Assembly: GCA_031835245.2 (NCBI GenBank)
Contig: JAVKOQ020000035.1
Location: 62,001 to 126,000 of the forward strand
DNA from: Balamuthia mandrillaris
Taxonomy: Eukaryota
DNA length: 64,000 nt
Direction: 5' to 3'
Positions within the stretch are counted from its first letter, which is position 1. Every line of letters begins with the position of its first letter. This document shows, piece after piece, positions 37,457-49,910 of this stretch. The notes beneath the pieces were generated by a model. The model saw only the letters and a list, made by a program, of their open reading frames with translations, was not told the DNA's origin and made no database searches. A program made the translations under genes and the position numbers.

Positions 37457-40170
37457 TCAAGAAGAAGAATCAGAGAAGAGCCACCGCCAAACGACGTTCC
37501 AAACCAGTTCTTGCTTTTCTTCTTCGCTCAACGGCTCCAACGGAAGCACGAAAGGATAGGGCTCCGCTTCATAGGGAGAGAAGGAAGCGAGGTCTGCCAA
37601 AGGATCTACTAACAACTGCGCTTTTCTTCCGTTCAAGCTGCACATCGAAGAGATGTAAACTCTTGGCACGAAGATAAGGTGCAAATCATTTCCTTCTCCC
37701 CATCCTTCTTTATGGTTTAACTTTTCCCATTGTTGAATCTCGTTAGAGTGATCATGAGTCCAACGAGCGGAGAGAAAGCGGGCAATTTGGATTAGAGAAG
37801 AAGGTTTGGATAAAGAGTTGCCCATTTGTCGCCTATTCAAGTGTTGCTCTAACGGAATCTGCGCTTGTAAACGTACTATTCCTTCCTTCTTTTCCTCTTT
37901 TTGTTGTTGCATCTTATTGTCGTTCACTTCAAGGAATGGTGATGTTTGATTGTCGGAAGAAGACGATGAAGAAAGCAGAAAAAAGGATAGAGGGACGTCG
38001 ACTTCGAGAGTAACCGTGGCGTTGCATTGCTTATCGCGTAGCTTCATGCGCCAACTGTAGCGATGACCGTACTCTGTCCACGCCACGTTTCCTTCGTACA
38101 ACAGAAAGCTTTTGGTTATCAATGTTAGCAAGAAACTAGAGAGGCAAATGGAAGAAGGAAGCAAAAGATACCGAAGAGGAACTAGCGTTTGATGCGCAAA
38201 GAATATCAACAGCAACACTGCAACAACAATTTCTCGTCGTTTCCATCCTCTTCTTCTCCGTTGCCTCTTTGCTTCCTCCTCCGTCCTTTTCTCTTTCTTC
38301 CTTGCCTCTTCTTCTCTTTTCTTCTTCTCCTCTTCTCCTTCTTCTTTCTCCATAAGCAACCGATACAATTCCTTCATGTCTCTCCACGCCCTCATCGGTC
38401 CGTAACGATCTGCGATGGCACGAGGCCACGATGGATCCAAGTACAATGTGGTGGCTGCCAGGCAAAGAATAGGGAAGATGCCAATGTTGAATATTGCTTT
38501 GTTTAGCAGATGGAAGATGAAGGTGACCGTCATCGCCAACTCTTGCACTTTCCATCTTCTTCTCCAACTTGCATTCCTGCAGTCATCATCTCCACGACAA
38601 CAACTTTTAGTTGTTGAAGAACAGGAAGAGGAGCAAGATGGACAGGAAGAAGAAGGCCACAAGAGGAAACCAATAGAAAGATCAAAGAGAAGGCCAGCGA
38701 TGCTGAATACGTAAGCACCCACCGAGGACGCCAAGAAGGCGCCCAACGGCCAGGGAAGACGTTTGCGACGAGGCAACCAAATGCGGAGTGGCTGCCCCCT
38801 CAACCAGTCCTCGTTGCATTTGGCCACACCGGCAAAGAAGTAGACCAGCGACATCTCTGCTCTCAACCAATTTAGCGTCCATGACGGTATCGTCTTTCTG
38901 TTGTTGGATTCTATTAAGTATGTGTTCTTCTCCGTGTAAGGTTTGTTTTTCTTCTTGTTCTTGTTGTAGTTGTTGTTGTTCTTCTTCTTCTTCTTCTTCT
39001 TCTTGCTCCATTTCGTTGATGCGAAACGGGAAAAAAAAAGAAAGAAGAGAAGGAAGGAACAAACCTTTTGGAAGAAGGCCAAACCAGGTTGTCCACCGCA
39101 AAGGTGGCATTCGCTGGCACGCAGCACATGATGAACTGCACCACCAGCATCAGGTAATAATGGTTGAGATACGTCGCTTCCTCCTTTCAACAAAATAACA
39201 CCAAAAAGAAAAAAATAGAAAAGAAAAACTTTAAATGAGAAAAAGAAAAGTTGAATAAAAAGAAAAAAGAAAAAAGAAAAAGAAAAAGAAAAAGAAAAAG
39301 AAAAAGAAAAGAAAAGAAAAGAAAAAATAGAAAAGAACAAATAAACAGAAAAGAAAAGAAAAGAAAAGAAAAGAAAAGAAAAGAAAAGAAAAGAAAAGAA
39401 AAGAAAAAATAAACAGAAAAGAAAAATAAAAGAAAAGAAAAAATAAACAGAAAAGAAAAATAAACAGAACAAATAAACAGAAAAAAAAAGAAAAATAAAA
39501 TAAAATAAAATAAAATAAAATAAAAAATAAAACAAAAATAAAAGAAAAGAAAAAATAAAAAATAAAAAATAAAAAATAAAAATAAAATAAACGAAAGAAA
39601 AAAATAAAACAAAGACATTACCAACAAATAGAAATAGGTGAGGCCAAGCAGCAGCCCCGCCGCAGCAAAGCGGTAGCACAGCCCAACGGCCACCAAGAAC
39701 GCGCAGAGGGCGCTGAGCGTAAGGAGCCACCACATGGCCGTCAGCGAGGCCGCCAGCGGCGGCTCCCAGCAAAAAGCAATGGTGGAGTACTGGAAGCGCA
39801 GCTGGGTGGAGCGGTAGAGCAGCCTGGCTTTGTGCATGTTGTGGGAGAGCATGGTGAAGAGCTCGTAGAACATCAGGAGGCCCCAGAAGAGGCGAAAGAG
39901 GGCCAGGCCGGCGGGGTCGATGGGGGAGAATAAGCGTCGGCGGAGCGAGGAGGTGGAGAAGAAGGAGGAAGAAGGCTGGTCATGCGTTGCTGTTGGTGGC
40001 GATCGATCATCTTGGTGTTGTTGGGCTGGGTCAGGGCGGGGAGAAAGAGAGCGCGAAGGGGGAGAGGGAGGGGGAGAGGGTGTTGTCGTGGTTTTGGCGG
40101 CGGTCTTCTTTTTCCTCTTCATTCTTTTCTTTGGTGTTGCTGCCAGTGGCTTTGCTTCGTTCCCTGTCAT
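37457..40170 (-). CDS. GGCX: Vitamin K-dependent gamma-glutamyl carboxylase/HTTM-family membrane protein
   Basis: DPAGLALFRLFWGLLM; YLNHYYL; VYFFAGVAKCNEDWLRG; FNIGIFP; WTEYGHRYSWRMKL; CSLNGRKAQLLVDP. Confidence 0.85.
39236..39610. repeat. A-rich (AAAAG/AAAAT)n low-complexity tract, intronic
   Basis: Directly visible. Confidence 0.9.
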
Positions 40171-40914
40171 TCTTGTAACGAATCATGCGCAACAACCAAG
40201 GGTAAAACCATGTCCAAAAGATATAATCGTTTTGTTGCCTACCGGTCTGTGGACAAAAAAATGAGGAACCCCAGCTGCATTCGTTTGATATCCCCTCATC
40301 CAGATCGAGATGAATCGCCTCGGGCAATTATAACTCTGAAAGACTGTTGGCCACGAAAATTCCCATCCAGTTGTTTTTCAAACCTCGAGATCCACAGGGA
40401 ATTATGGAAAAAGGCGTAAAAGGAGAGAAAATCACAAAAAAACAAAGCGAGAGACGGAGAAGCGCCTCCTCTCTCTCTCTCTCCGCTTTCTGCTCTCGCT
40501 CTCGCTCTCTCTCTCTGCCTTTTTTGTTTTTTTTTTTTTTGGCTTCCTCCTCCTTAAAAAACTCCAGAGTCTTCCTTTCTCTCTACCTCTTCATCTTCAC
40601 TCACACTCACTCGAGAGAGAGAGAGAGAGAGAGAGAAGCAAAAAAGCAAAGCAGGCCCTTCGGATTTTATTTTATTTTTTTGGTTTTGCTGCTTGTTTTT
40701 CTTTTATTTCTCTGCGAGCGGAAGGGAGAAAGCCTTTTTTTTTGGTTTGTTTGTTTGAGGCTCCACTTCTCTCCTCCTCTTCTTCTTCTTGTGGTTCTTT
40801 TTTTTTTTTTTTAAAGGAGAAGAAGAAGAAGAAGAAAGGAGAACACACGGAAAAAAAAAAAGGAGGGAGAGGAGAGAGCAAGAAGCAAAAATTGTGTTTT
40901 TTTTTTCAACAAAG

Positions 40915-41549
40915 ATGAAAGCTGCTGTGCAAGTGATGAACACCTCTTCTTTGTCTTCTTCTTCTTCTTCTTCCTCATCAAACGACATCATCAAGACGGA
41001 GGCCCCAGGCGGAGGAGGAGGAGGCAAAGACCTGGCGGAGATCGATCCCGCCGCCGCCGCCACGCGCGCCGAGTACAACGCCTCCTTGTCCCCTCGTCGT
41101 CTGCTGGCCAGCAACGGGGATCCAACGGCGCAAACCAACGAGACCTCCTCGTCCTCCTCCAACGGCAATGCTGATGCTGATGGCGACGGCGACGGCACCG
41201 GCCTCAACCTCAACGGCAACAGCACCAAGGAGGAGATCCAGTGCTCCCTGCTGCGCCTCTTTCAGTGCAAGTACTTTGACTCCTGGCTGGCCCTCTGCTA
41301 TTTGCACAGGTATGCGCACCACGCCGGCGTGCAGGACTACCTCTGCAACCAGCTGTACTCGTTCCCCATCGAGGAGCTTCACTTTTATCTCCCGCAGCTT
41401 TGGTTCGTTTTTGCTCCTTCTCTTCTTTCTTTCTGTCTTGTTTCTTGGTTTTTTCTTCTTCTTCTTGTTCTTCTTCTTCTTGTTCTTCTTCTTCTTCTTC
41501 TTCTTGTTCTTCTTCTTCTTCTTCTTCTTCTTCTTGTTCTTGTTCTTGT

Positions 41550-41581
<32 letters not shown>

Positions 41582-44461
41582 TTCTTCTTCTTCTTCTTCT
41601 TCTTCTTCTGCTTCTTCTTGTCCTTCTTCTCCTCCTCCTGCTTCTTTTCACACATCGGTTCTGTTCTTTTTTTTCACTTCTCTGACTTCTTTCTTTTTAT
41701 TTTTACGTTTCCTTCTCTGTTTCCGCAGCATGTTGTTGATCAACAACACGACAACGAACGCGCTGGAGCGGCTTCTCCTTGATCGATGCGGCCAATCCAT
41801 GCACTTTGCCTTCCATGCCAGTCTTCACCTGCAAACCTACATAGAGACTCACGCTCACAACCCTCAAGCAGACTTTCTTCTCTCTCGTTGCATTCGTTTG
41901 AGAGAGGAAATGGAGATTGCAGCCGTCAACGGACACTACGAACCCAACCAGCAAAGTAACAACACCAACAACAACACCTCTTCCAACACGACCGCTTTTG
42001 ATGTTTCTCGTCTTCTTTCGCCTAAGAGAAGACAACAGCAACGGGGACATCAAATATCTTTGGATGGAGGGCAAGGGGACGCGTTCGGCTTCATCAATCA
42101 TGTCATGTTGAAGCGTCGACGTTCCTCCTACTTTGACAATGCTTTGCTGTTGTTAGACGCTCTCGCTCAGATACCTTTGGACCTTGTTTCCGTCCCTGCA
42201 GAACAGAGAAGTAATTTTTCCTTGTCTCCCTTTCCCCTCCCTTTCCCTCATTCTCTTTTGTTGCTGCTCTGAATATTTTTCTAACCAAAAAAACAAAACG
42301 AAAGAAACGGAACTGAGGAACAAAATATCACAGCTGGACAAGCAAATGACGCCAAGGGGCATTTACATGCCCATCGATAGCATGGACACCAAGCATCACT
42401 GCATTGTACATATCTCTCCCTATGAAGCCTTTCTCTTGGATTCCAAAGAAGGGGTACGTCATTTCTTCTCTCTCTCCCTCTCCCTCTCCCTCCCTCTCCT
42501 CTCTCTCTCTCTCCTTTCTTTTTTCTTTCTAACCCAAAAAATTGTAATAAACACAGGCACCACCAGCTTATATTATTTATTTAGAGACATTAGAAAGCGA
42601 GGAGAAGTGTTCTTCTCCCAACACTCATCTCTTTGACCTTCAAGCCGTCATTTCGGCCGCTCAAATGGCCAAACTGACTCCTCCAGCCTCCCCCGCAATC
42701 ACCTCTTCTTCTCCTTCTTCTGAAAACTCATCATTGCAAGCAACGCAAAAAGGATTGCTTGAAGAGGCTAAGTTTGAAGCCTCTTCGTTAAGAAAGATCA
42801 AGTCAGAGGCTGAAATCTTTAGTTTGAAGGACATGAATGATTCTCCACCCCCTTCTGCTTCAGCTTCCTCCCCTTCGAATGTTGTTCCTTCTCAGCAAGG
42901 CCAAAGCATTAAGAAAGAAGCCAATGAGAAAGGAGACGAAGAAGAAATCATGACAGGAAAGACTCAGGACAAGAACAACAAAGAGAAGGCGACAGACAAG
43001 AGATCTTCGTTAGAGACTCCTTCTGCTTCACCTTCTGCTTCATCACAACAACTACAACAAAAGAGCAAGAAAGAAAACAAGAAGACACAAAACAAAAACA
43101 AGTACCAAAACAAGAGCAAAGCAATATTGAGCAACAAAGCCATAAAATCCGAAGAAGAAGAGGGAAGCGCTTCCTCTCCTTCTTTGGCTTCATCCCCATC
43201 TCCTGCTCCATCACCATTACCATCGCCTTCTTTGCCTTCATCCTCTTCTTCTCTTCCAGAGAAAGAAAAAGAAAAGGAAGAACGAAGCACCAAAGGTGGC
43301 GCCTCCAAGACAGACATCGAAGAAGAGCGCAAGCTTTATTCTGGCGTTCCATCCACCAAAGAAAAGGAAAAGGAAAAAGAAGCATCCAAAGGACAACAAG
43401 ATAGCAACAAACGTCCTTCCATCGAGTCCACTCAAGCTGCCTTTGCTGAGGATTGGGCTGCCAAGTGCGAACGTATCCGCCGAAGCTCTCCTTTTCAACA
43501 CCTGCCGGGCTGGCGCCTACGCTCCTTCATCGTCAAGTACGACGAGTGCCGTCAGGAGCAGTTGGCCTCACAGCTGATCTCGCAGTTCCAGAAGATCTTC
43601 CAGGCGGCCAATCTGTCGCTCAAGCTGCATCCTGTAGCGGTGCTGCCCATCTCCTCGCAGTGCGGAATGCTGGAGACTATCCCAGACGCTATCTCGTTGC
43701 ATCAATTAAGGAAGCATCAGAGCTTCACTTCTTTGTCTGCTTACTTTAAGCAGGTTTGTTTTGATTATTCTTTGCTTCTTTCTTTCTTTCGTTCTTGTAG
43801 TTGCATTTTTCTGCTTTCTTTACTAAACAGAACAAATATTCAGGAATACGGAAAAGACCCTGCCGTACTAAGGAACATTCAACGCAACTTTTGCCAAAGC
43901 TTGGCAGCCTACAGCATCGTTACCTACTTCCTCCAAGTCAAAGATCGCCACAACGGCAACATCCTTCTCAAGAAGGACGGCACCGTCGTCCACATCGACT
44001 TTGGCTACTTCCTCTCCAACAGCCCTCGCTCCCTCAACTTTGAGTCTGCTCCCTTCAAACTTACCCAAGAATTCGTCGACGTCCTAACCATGTCTCCTTC
44101 CTCCGATCAACCAACTCAACCACAAAACGAACCACAAAACGGACACCAAAACGACGCCGAAGACCAAGTGAACTTTTGGGAAGAATACAAGTCGTTATGC
44201 TTGAAGGCATTCTTGGAGGCGAGAAAACACATGGAGAATATTTTGTTGTTGGTGGAGATCGCGCTGAGAAGAGGCCCGCCTTTGCCCTGTCTCGTGGGCG
44301 GGGAGAGCGCATTGACGGCGCTGAGGGAGAGGTTCAAACGCAACTTGACGGAGGAGCAGTGCGTGGAGCATGTGGAGTCGTTGATTACTTACAGCTTGGA
44401 CAATTGGAGGACCATCTCCTACGATAAGTATCAGTATTTGACGAGAGGAATACTTTATTGA
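40915..44461 (+). CDS. PI4KB: Phosphatidylinositol 4-kinase III beta (Pik1-like)
   Basis: LLRLFQCKYFD...FYLPQL; RIRRSSPF...WRLRSFIVK..ECRQEQLASQLI; LQVKDRHNGNILL...HIDFG; FESAPFKLT; YDKYQYLTRGIL. Confidence 0.95.
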
Positions 44462-44574
44462 GTTTCTCTCTCTCTCTTTCTTTTTATTTTCGTATGTTTA
44501 AATAACAGTATCTTTTTTGTGATTAACTTCAAAGAGCCCTTTCTCTCTTCGCTCTTCTCTCTCTTTGACTATGC

Positions 44575-46742
44575 TTAGATTAAAACACTATTCAAAAGTT
44601 GGGAGAGAACTGTCTCTCTGATACTCTTATAAACAAGCTGGATATCTGCTGTGATGTCTCCTCTGCTAAACAGTGGATAGACGGCATGAGTTGACGTTGT
44701 GCTTCCGTTCAAGAACAATCCAAGAATGAAACGTTGCGCTTCATCCGCGTTATTCCCTCCTTTTTGTTTTTCACACAAAGTATCATCATCAACACCAAAA
44801 CTTTTACGTCTCTCATTCTCTCTCTCTCTCTCTCTTTTCTTACCATTGTAGTTGCTAAAAACGTCGTGAAACGCGGAAGTGTGTCGAATCTTCTCCTCAA
44901 AGACTTCCGTGCGAGTGAAATATAGCAGAAACGATTCGTTCGGGAGAAGCGACGGTTCGTTGCGGAGGGCTTCAAACGCTTGAAGGCGTTCTTGAATGTG
45001 GTACACTACAAGGTCCTCTTCATCGTCGGATATCGGTAATAGCTCGTCAAACTCGTCCAAAGATACACAGAACATGATCGAAAGCACGTTATCGAAATGA
45101 CGAAGCCACTCGAAGCTGCTCTTTTGGGCTCCAATGTCGACCATTTTGATGAGCACCTCCTCGTACATTATCGTTACTTCTCTTGAGGAGTTGTGTGAGA
45201 AGAGGTCGCCTTGTGATTGGTGAGAGTGTCTAAGGGTATCGGCCACTCGGCGAAGGAAAGGGAGCCTTGCACTATCAGTTCCTATTAGTTGTTTGTTTGA
45301 GGACAGTATCTTATCATTAAGAAGGAACAAAGAAGCAAGCAGACAAGAAGAAGAAGAAGAAGAAGAAGCAGAACAAGAAGAAGAAGAAGAAGAACAAGAA
45401 GAAGAACAAGAACAAGAAGAACAGGAACAACGTTTCCCACTTACCAGTAATCAAGATCTTAATAATATTTTTGTCGTTTCCAGCAACGGCTTTCCTTTTG
45501 TCTTTCTTCGTTTTGTTTCGCTCGTCAGAATGCTGTTGAGCAGATACCCATTCCACAACCTCCCAGTGATGCTTGTTGACCGCAGCCGCTAAAACAGCAT
45601 CTCGCGACCAAATGCACCCATTCGTCCTAAGCCACCGCAACACGGTAATGCAGTTTCGTTCAGCGGCAAGCTCGCAAAGGCTTGGCGTTAATGTACATCC
45701 GTTATAGAGACCCCATTGCAGAAGAAGAATGCTGCTTACAATCGCCCTTTGGCTAAGTTTGTTGTTTCTGTTGGTGCAGGAGTACCATTGTTTGCACGTT
45801 CTCCCGGCGACAGCGAGGAATTCCAACGGAAGGTGTTGTAATATGCAGCAAACCAGTTCGTCCGGCAGAGTAGGTGCTTTACTTCCGCGTGGATACTTCT
45901 TTGATAATGCTGAAAGTTGGTTGCGTATGAGAAGCAGGAAGAGACGAAGGAAGAGGAAGAAGAAGAAGAAGAAGAAGAATAAGAAGAACAAGAACAAGAA
46001 GAAGAAGAACAAGAAGAAGAAGAAGAAGGAGAAGAAGAAGAAGAAGAAGAAGAAGAACAAGAAGAAGAACAAGAACAAGAAGAACAAGAACAAGAACAAG
46101 AAGAACAAGAAGAACAAGAAGAACAAGAAGAACAAGAAGAAGAAGAAGAAGAAGAAGAAGAAGAAGAAGAAGAAGAAGAAGAACAAGAAGAACAAGAAGA
46201 AGAACAAGAACAAGAAGAAGAAGAAGAAGAACAAGAAGAACAAGAAGAACAAGAAGAAGAACAAGAACAAGAACAAGAACAAGAACAACAATAAGAACAA
46301 CAGGAACAGGAAAAAGAACAACGGAGAAGGAGAATACGAGTGTTTTTAGCGTCGTTGAGTTTCTCCTGCAAAACTGCTATCCAACCATCACATTCACCCT
46401 CAGAGGAAGCCCGAAGGGTGATAAGCTTTTGTTGTTTTCGCTGTTGGGTCGTATTCAGCCTCCAAATACACGTTCCTTTCTTGCTTAGAACCAGAAGAGA
46501 GCAGCTCCTCAACTCCAGTGTTTCTTGAATATTCAACAAAGAAGACAGGCAACATGAGAAACATGCCTCTCATATAGTGTGAAATGTTTCAAACCGTAAC
46601 ACGGTGAAGAAAAGTCTTCAAACCAACACAGCTGATGGCCCTGCACGAAGAACCAGCCCTCTTTCCATGTCGTCTTCTTGAACCTGGACGACGAGGCCCG
46701 TTTGAAGAGGAGAAACGCCTCTGCCGCTTTGGATTCATTCAT
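44575..46742 (-). CDS. Fusion protein: PH domain, F-box, ankyrin-like repeats, degenerate G-alpha GTPase domain
   Basis: PH: WKEGWFFV...LRASSEGECDGWIAVL. F-box: LPDELVCCILQHLP...TCKQW. Ankyrin-like: VLRWLRTNGCIW. G-alpha-like: MVDIGAQ...WLRHFDNVLSIMFCVSLDEFD...FEEKI...IQLVYKSIRETVL. Joining of all exons into one gene is inferred. Confidence 0.72.
45940..46315. repeat. (AAG/AAC)n compound trinucleotide tract, intronic
   Basis: Directly visible. Confidence 0.95.
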
Positions 46743-46764
46743 TGCTTCTTGAATGAAACTCGGA

Positions 46765-46900
46765 ATGTTTGGAATGCACTAAATGCGAGATATGCAAGAC
46801 GTTTCCAAAATGCAAGGAATGTAGGACATGTATGAAATGCAAGATATGGAAGGAATTTTCAAAATGCAAGGAATGTAGGAATGTATGGAATGCGAGATAC
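46765..46900. repeat. Imperfect AATGC/AATGT tandem repeat (~55-nt unit)
   Basis: caaaatgcaaggaatgtagga occurs twice (~46806 and ~46860), plus degenerate copies. Confidence 0.6.
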
Positions 46901-47224
46901 GCGAAGAGAAGAGAAGAGAACGATGAAGAGAACGACGAAGAGAACGACGAAGAGAGTAGAGAGAGAAGAGAAACAAGAGGGATTAAAAAAAGGTAGTACA
47001 GCAATTCATTGAAAGGAAGAATGAACAAAGAGAACGAAAGAAAGAAAAAGGAGAAACACAAAGCAACAGAGAGTTACTCCTTTTTCTACTCCCTTTTGCT
47101 GAGAGTTATGTGTTAGTCGTTGTGGTCGAGCTTATGGTTGTAGCCAGCCGGTCGTCCGAAGAAGAGCTTAAAAGAGAGAGAAAAGAGTAAGTAGAAAAAG
47201 GGGCTCTTTTTTGGCTTTGTATGT

Positions 47225-47815
47225 TTAGAAGAGAGCGCATCCCCTCTTCTTCTCCTTGGACTTGGTGACAGGGGGGTTCAAGACAGTCCTGATGGCCTCA
47301 TCAAAGACGGCCTTCAAGCCCTGCTGGGTCAAGGCGGAGCACTCGAGGTACTTCACGGCGCCAATCTCCTTCCTCATCTGCTCGGCCTGGGTCTGGGTGA
47401 TGGGAGCCATCCTCTTGTCCGCCAACCTCTCCAGGGTGTCCTTGTCGTCCCTGAGATCGACCTTGGTGCCGACCAAGAGCTTGGGGGTAGTGGGGCAGTG
47501 GTGAGTGATCTCGGGGTTCCACTTGGCGCGCACGTTCTCAAAGGAGGGAGGGGAGACGATCGAGTAGCACAGCAGGAAAACGTCGGTCTGGGGGTAGGAC
47601 AGGGGCCTGAGGCGGTCATAATCCTCCTGACCGGCAGTATCCCAGAGACCCAAGTTGATGGCCTTGTTGTCCACCATCACGTTGGCAGAGTAGTTGTCAA
47701 AGACGGTGGGGATGTACTCGCCGGGGAAGGCGTTGGTGGTGTAGGAGATCAGGAGGCAGGTCTTACCGACGGCACCGTCGCCGACCACCACACATTTGAT
47801 TGCTTGCATAGCCAT
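47225..47815 (-). CDS. rac1: Rac family small GTPase, intronless CDS
   Basis: [58 protein letters not shown]; polybasic tail and CAAX box CALF. Confidence 0.97.
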   Translation of the reverse strand: MAMQAIKCVVVGDGAVGKTCLLISYTTNAFPGEYIPTVFDNYSANVMVDNKAINLGLWDTAGQEDYDRLRPLSYPQTDVFLLCYSIVSPPSFENVRAKWNPEITHHCPTTPKLLVGTKVDLRDDKDTLERLADKRMAPITQTQAEQMRKEIGAVKYLECSALTQQGLKAVFDEAIRTVLNPPVTKSKEKKRGCALF

Positions 47816-48665
47816 GGTTTATGTGTTTGTTTTTTTTGTAAAGTTTCTGTACCCACAAAAAAAAAAAAAAAAAAATAGCACATGGTTAGCGGAGATGAAA
47901 AGGCAAAGAAAGAGAGAGAGAAGCAAAAAAGACAAGGAAAAAAATAAAGAGAAGAGAACAAAGAAATTCTAATCCGTCGTCATAAAAATTTTTCTCATCG
48001 CAATACGAAAATCGGGCCACCACAACAACAACAACAAGAAAAAGTAGAGGAGGGTTTTGGGGGGAGATGGGTGGGAGATTTTGTTCCGAATAGATTAACG
48101 TGAAAATAATTTAGAGGGGAGGACGAGGAGGAGGAAAAAGCGAAAAATTTGAAATAAAAAACACAAAGCAATCCTCCGTAACAAACCTAATCGCAATGGT
48201 CAAAAATATAAATACAAAGGTAGAAAAGAATCGAGATAAAACGAATGATGATACAAGACAATCAATCGGCCGCAAAAAAAAGATAACGAAAAAGAACCAA
48301 AAAAAAAAAAAGAGTCGAAACAGAGCGAACGAAGAAGAAAAAAAAAACCAAAAGGGAGAGGAGAAAGGAGAAAGAAAAACTGAACGGCTACGGCAAGCCG
48401 TTGTTGTTTCGAATCGAATCGTACCTGTCTGTAAAAAAAAAAAAAATGGAAGAGGGAGGGTCAAGGGGTCAAAGGAGAGAGAGAGCCGGGCCGTACAAAA
48501 GGGAAAGAGAGTAGCAGCAGCAGCGACACACACACAAACGGAATATGTTGTTTTTTTTTTTTGGTGATATTTTTGAAGACAAAGAAAGAAGAAAATTAGA
48601 AATAATAATAATTTGCGGCACAAATAAATCATTGGGTCAAGTTTTCACCAAATTAAGAAGCACTC

Positions 48666-48747
48666 TGACGTAAGACTACCAAATTAAGTAAAATGCTGAC
48701 ATAAGCTGACCAAATCAGGATTATAACTGACGTCATAAATGACGTCA
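48666..48747. promoter_or_regulatory. Cluster of CRE/ATF-like bZIP sites upstream of rac
   Basis: TGACGTCA at 48728-48735 and 48740-48747; TGACGTAA at 48666; TGACATAA at 48697. Confidence 0.45.
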
Positions 48748-48869
48748 GGCGTGCCCTTTTGGCTGATTTTCATGTCCTCTGGAATTGAGGGAGGAAGGGG
48801 TTCTCTAGGAGGAGAGCGAGAGAGAAAGAAGGTGAATGGCTGCGGCAGAGAAGAGAGAGGAGGAAAGCA

Positions 48870-49260
48870 AAGCCCTTCCCTCCCTTCTCCAACCCTTTGC
48901 ACACTCCACCACCTGCAACCTCTCCGACAACAAGCTGACCTCCTTGCCGAGGGAGTTTGGCCAGCTCACCGCTCTCAACGAATACTGGCTGGATAGTAAC
49001 TCCTTGGCAGCACTGCCTTGCTCAATGGTTTGGCTCCTTCCATCCTTGCAAACGCGCTCCCCTCAACCCTTTCATCAGCAAGAGGCACTTCTTCAAACAA
49101 ACAGAAGAGAATGAGGAAGAAGAAGGGGAAGGAGAAGCAGGCGAAGATAGTGAAACCGTCCAGAGTAGCAACCTGGCAACTGTGAAAAGTTTGTGGCACT
49201 TGAGTGGAGAGGCGGTGCTGAGGAATCAGTTTTTGCCCACAGGCCTCTTGAACCCTGTAC
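48870..49260 (+). pseudogene. Fragmentary leucine-rich-repeat gene
   Basis: NLSDNKLTSLPREFGQLTALNEYWLDSNSLAALP. The flanking segments (LCTLHHL; LNPF...VKSLWHLS) lie in other frames, and there is no clear start. Confidence 0.55.
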
Positions 49261-49545
49261 CAATCCCGCCGCCCTTCTCCTTCTTCTTCTTCTTCTTCTT
49301 CTTCTTCGAGGACTACAAACCAACAGCAAGGAACCAAAGAAGAACGGGCAGAAGAAGGAGAAGGGAGTGCGGAAGGGGTCATCATGGTGAAACGCGTTGC
49401 AAGAAAGACAGAGAATGGCTCATAGAAAGAAGAAGGAGAAGAAGAAGAAGAAGAAGAACAAGAACAAGAACAAGGAGAAGAACAAACTGTGGTGCTTGTA
49501 TGTTTTTTTTTGTAACCAAGTACAGAAGCTGTTGAGGCTGGTTTT

Positions 49546-49879
49546 TTAAAACATCCAGAAAGGAGAGAGACTCGCAGCGGCCCCGCACTCCTCCTCAAAG
49601 TAGGGGGAGAACCAGGTCCCTCCGATGGTAAGCTCCGTGCAGTCACCGGCGTGGTAAACGGTGCTCGCCGTTTGGCAGTCGTCATCGCTGTAGAAGGTGA
49701 GCTCCTCCTCCGCGCAGTTGACGGTAAAGTGGGAGTTGTCGATGGTGGAGCAGGTGTCCTCCTCCACGGTCGCGCCTATGCAAGGGAACTCGTGCGCGGC
49801 GGAGGTGGTGCAGGCGTCGTCGGAGTAGGCCCGCAGGGCAAAGCTGCAGCTATCGGCTGATATCAAGAAAGACGGAAAC

Positions 49880-49910
<31 letters not shown>

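Noticed and set aside
46769..46996. CxxC-rich 75-aa ORF resembling a metallothionein
   Set aside because: The cysteine periodicity derives from the AATGC/AATGT repeat, and there is no ATG-supported gene context.
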